DNA of 64,000 bases, taken from the human T2T-CHM13v2.0 reference genome, Homo sapiens. The notes beneath the pieces were generated by a model. That model did not search any database. It was not told the origin of the DNA and worked only from the letters and a program-made list of their open reading frames with translations. The DNA lies in assembly GCF_009914755.1 (NCBI RefSeq), contig NC_060933.1; one strand, given 5' to 3'. Below, in pieces: positions 59,370-64,000 of this stretch. The position numbers were made by a program, and so were the translations under genes. The stretch's first letter is position 1, and each line of letters begins with the position of its first letter.

Positions 59370-59580
59370 TAAACCAGACTGAGTAGAGTTTGAATCCCAG
59401 ATCTGCCGGTTACTGACTTTTATTAACTAGGCCAGTTTCCTTAACATCTCTAAATTTCTTTCTTCCTCATCTGTAAAATGAGAGCAAAAGTACCCAATTT
59501 ATCAGTTTGTTATGACAACTAAATAAAATAATATATGGAAATGACCTGGCACATAGCAAACCCTCAATAAATAATGGTTC
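59370..59580 (+). mobile_element. MIR
   Basis: gagtttgaatcccagatctgcc...ttcctcatctgtaaaatg...cctggcacatag. Confidence 0.85.
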
Positions 59581-59974
59581 CCATCCCCTGAGCCTCTGGT
59601 TTTTCTAAAACGAGTGGGCTCACTGGCTTGACATCACCATACAGAAACAGTGTTTTCCATGACACTGGCATGGTCCCTTAGCTCATGGAGTCTGTGTGTA
59701 AACAGCTAAGAAAAGGGGGCTGTCTAAAAATATCCTTAAGACCTAACTAGGAAGAGCAAGGTGAGTGCTGAGAATAAATCAATAGTGTCCTTACCTTAAA
59801 ACCTTTTTGCATTATAGATTTCCTCTCCCTAAACTCCTCTCCCAACCCCCTACACACACCCCATGTGGTAGGGAGAATAATGACTCCCAAAGATGTCCAA
59901 GTCCTAACATCCGGAACGGTGATATGTTACATCACATGGGAAAAGAGTCTTTGCCAAATGATTAAATTAATATG

Positions 59975-60536
59975 TGTGATTATCAATTTTGGCTGTTAAC
60001 TTGACCAGATTAAGGGATACCCAGATAGCTGGTAAAGCATTAATTATTCTCAATGCTTCAGTAAGCACTGAGCCTATCCCTCCTCTGTTGAAAGAGAAAC
60101 ACAGGTGGTTTGGCATTTGATTAGAATGATTGGGCTGCCCCAGGTTTATCTTTGAGGGTGTTTTCAGAGGAGACTGGCATGTGGGTCAGTGGACTAAGTG
60201 AGGAAGATCCACCCTCAACATGGGTGGGTGCCATCCAACAACTGGGGGTCTGGATGGAACAAAACGCTATAAGAAGGGCAAGTTCCTGCTGTCTCTTCTG
60301 GAACCAGGACACTCTTCTCCTGTCCTCAGACGTCAGCACTCTAAATTCTCTGACTTTGGGCTCTGGGACTCATACCAGCAGCCCATGGGCCTTTCAGCCT
60401 TTGGCCTCTGACTAATAATTTCACCATGAAGCCACGCTATTGGCTTTTCTGGTTCGCCAGCTTGCAGATGGTCTGTCACGGGTGTTCTCAGCCTCCATTA
60501 TCTTGTAAGCCAATTCCCTAATGAATCTCCTCTCAT

Positions 60537-60583
<47 letters not shown>

Positions 60584-60716
60584 CCTTATCTATCTATCTA
60601 TCTGTCTATCTATCTATCTATCTAATGTCTATCTATCCATCCATCCATCCATCCATCCATCCATCCATCCATCCATGCTACAGATTGTGTCTCTCTGGAA
60701 AGCCCTAACTAAAACA
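59975..60716 (+). mobile_element. MLT2B-like ERVL LTR
   Basis: aacttgaccagattaagggatacccagatagctggtaaagcatt...tctctctggaaagccctaactaaaaca. Confidence 0.85.
60538..60676. repeat. Compound tetranucleotide STR (TATC)11...(TATC)4 TGTC (TATC)4...(TATC)2 (CATC)9
   Basis: Counted directly; sits in the MLT2 3' tract. Confidence 0.96.
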
Positions 60717-61382
60717 TTAAGTTAAAGGCTCTGAGAAGGGGAGAGTATGCTGGATTATCTGGGTGGTTAAAGGGACTATTAAACATGGAAGAGGGAGACA
60801 GAAGGAGAGAGTCAGAGGGAAATGAAACCTGGGAAGAATAGTAAGAGAGATGCAACATTGCTGGCTTCCAAGATGGAGGAAGGAACCATAAGCCAAGGAA
60901 TGTGAATTGTTTCCAAGAATTGGAAAAGACATGAAAACAGATTCTCCCCTAGAGCCTCCAGGAAAAATTGACGCCCTGCTGATACCTTGATTTTAGCCCA
61001 GTGAGACCCATTTTAGATTTCTGACTTCCAGAATTGTAAGATTAAAAGATTATGTTATTTTAAGCCACACAATTTGTGGTAATTTGTTGCATCAGCAATA
61101 GAAAATTAATGCACACAGATATTACTATAACCATTTTGATAAAATCACATCACCCCAGCCCTAGAGAAAATTCTTTTTAATCATACTGCTGTGTGGGAGG
61201 ATTAAATTTTATTAACCAAAAAAAAATTAGTTTGTTTTTAATATATTTATCACACTCGCCCTACCCTGCCCAGCCAAGATAGGAGATGAGCAGTGGTTGA
61301 AGAAAACCCCTTGGAAGCTCCTCAAAGAATGAATGAGTTATATGCCTACTGTTTGGGACAGAGTCAGAGACATCAACTGAAA

Positions 61383-61501
61383 CTTAATGATCTCAAGTCT
61401 CTGGAGAGAGACTTGAGATCCAAATAGTCCCCAGTAGTCATCTCAAGTCTTAATCATCTCAAGCCTCTGGAGAGAGACTTCAGATTCAAACAGTCCCCAA
61501 T

Positions 61502-61503
<2 letters not shown>
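61383..61503. repeat. 55-bp tandem duplication containing a 14-bp perfect inverted repeat
   Basis: Copies 61383-61437 and 61449-61503 (6 mismatches); GATCTCAAGTCTCT-ggag-AGAGACTTGAGATC at 61389-61420. Confidence 0.9.
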
Positions 61504-62157
<654 letters not shown>

Positions 62158-62397
62158 GCCAGTCATCCAAAAGAAAACTACTAATTAAGAAAGTTAATGG
62201 GAAATAATAACTTTTTAAAGTGAGGTGTAGAGAACCTTTTGTAACACTAGGGATCTTGGTTTCTGGGTAGCTAAATACAATTAGATATCAATTTTCAATT
62301 TCATTTTATAGAAATCCATATGACATAGCTCAGGATTAAAACACTGTCTTAGTTCATTTTGTTCTGCTATAACAGAATACCACAGACTTCGTAATTT

Positions 62398-63044
<647 letters not shown>

Positions 63045-63487
63045 ACAGACTTCATAATTTAAAAAAAACTGAAATGTATTTAGCTCATGGTTGTGGAGGC
63101 TGGGAACTCCAGTATCAACAGGCTGACAACTAGTGAGGGCCTTCAGGCTGCATTATGCCATGGTAGAAGTGCAAAAGGGAGGATAGGCCAGCAAGCATGT
63201 GTAAAAAGAAGAGTGCCAGGGTCAGACTTGCTTTATAACAGCCCACTCTCTCCAAAACTAACCCACTCCTACAATAACAACACTCATCCATTCATGAGGG
63301 CGCCGCCCTCATGACCCAATCACCACCTGGTAGGCCCCACCACCCAACACTGCTGAATTGGGGATTAAGTTTCCAACACGTGAATTTTGGGGGATGCATT
63401 TAAACCACAGTACTATCATAACTGTATTTTCATTTTTCTATAAAGTTTACTATCTTCTACTGGTAAAGTAAAGCCTGGCCATTTTGA

Positions 63488-63818
<331 letters not shown>

Positions 63819-64000
63819 ACCAAATCATTTTTTAAATAACTCCATCAACAAAAGACAACATTGCTAACATGTTACATTTTCTCTGTACAGATAGGAAAAG
63901 GCAGCCCCAAAAAGAGAAATAATGCTGTAATACTATTATTCTCTGACCAAGCTTGCTTCCAGCTTACTCAGGGTTTTACTTATAAGCAAATAAAACTGAC

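Larger units (their letters stand above)
59864..61113 (+). mobile_element. MLT1D-like LTR interrupted by an MLT2 LTR
   Basis: tgtggtagggagaataatgactcccaaagatgtcc...gattctcccctagagcctccag...cagcaatagaaaattaatgca. Confidence 0.85.

Overview
Primate (most likely human) genomic DNA, about 40% GC, with no CpG island and no recognisable intact host protein-coding gene. It is dominated by interspersed repeats. These include about 14 Alu copies or fragments (J/S/Y), one full-length ~6.15 kb L1PA3/L1PA4-type LINE-1 on the minus strand (31510-37655; ORF1 and ORF2 broken, antisense ORF0 open), older L1M/L1PB fragments, many MaLR/ERVL solo LTRs (MLT1, MST, THE1, MLT2, LTR16), hAT fossils (Charlie1, MER115/Zaphod, FordPrefect, MER53, MER5, MER117, MER102), MIRs, L2s and microsatellites. 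Subfamily names come from my recollection of consensus sequences, not from a RepeatMasker run. Several repeat-poor islands (0-1 kb, 3-4.6 kb, 27.4-30.9 kb, 44-46.8 kb) look regulatory, and the window start has a candidate minus-strand first exon (donor at 298) of a gene I cannot name. I see no convincing new biological system. The best lead is the L1 antisense promoter/ORF0 unit: a 197-aa frame that reads out of the L1 into a flanking L2 and stops 3 nt before an AATAAA. Most short ORFs in the track are repeat-derived noise.
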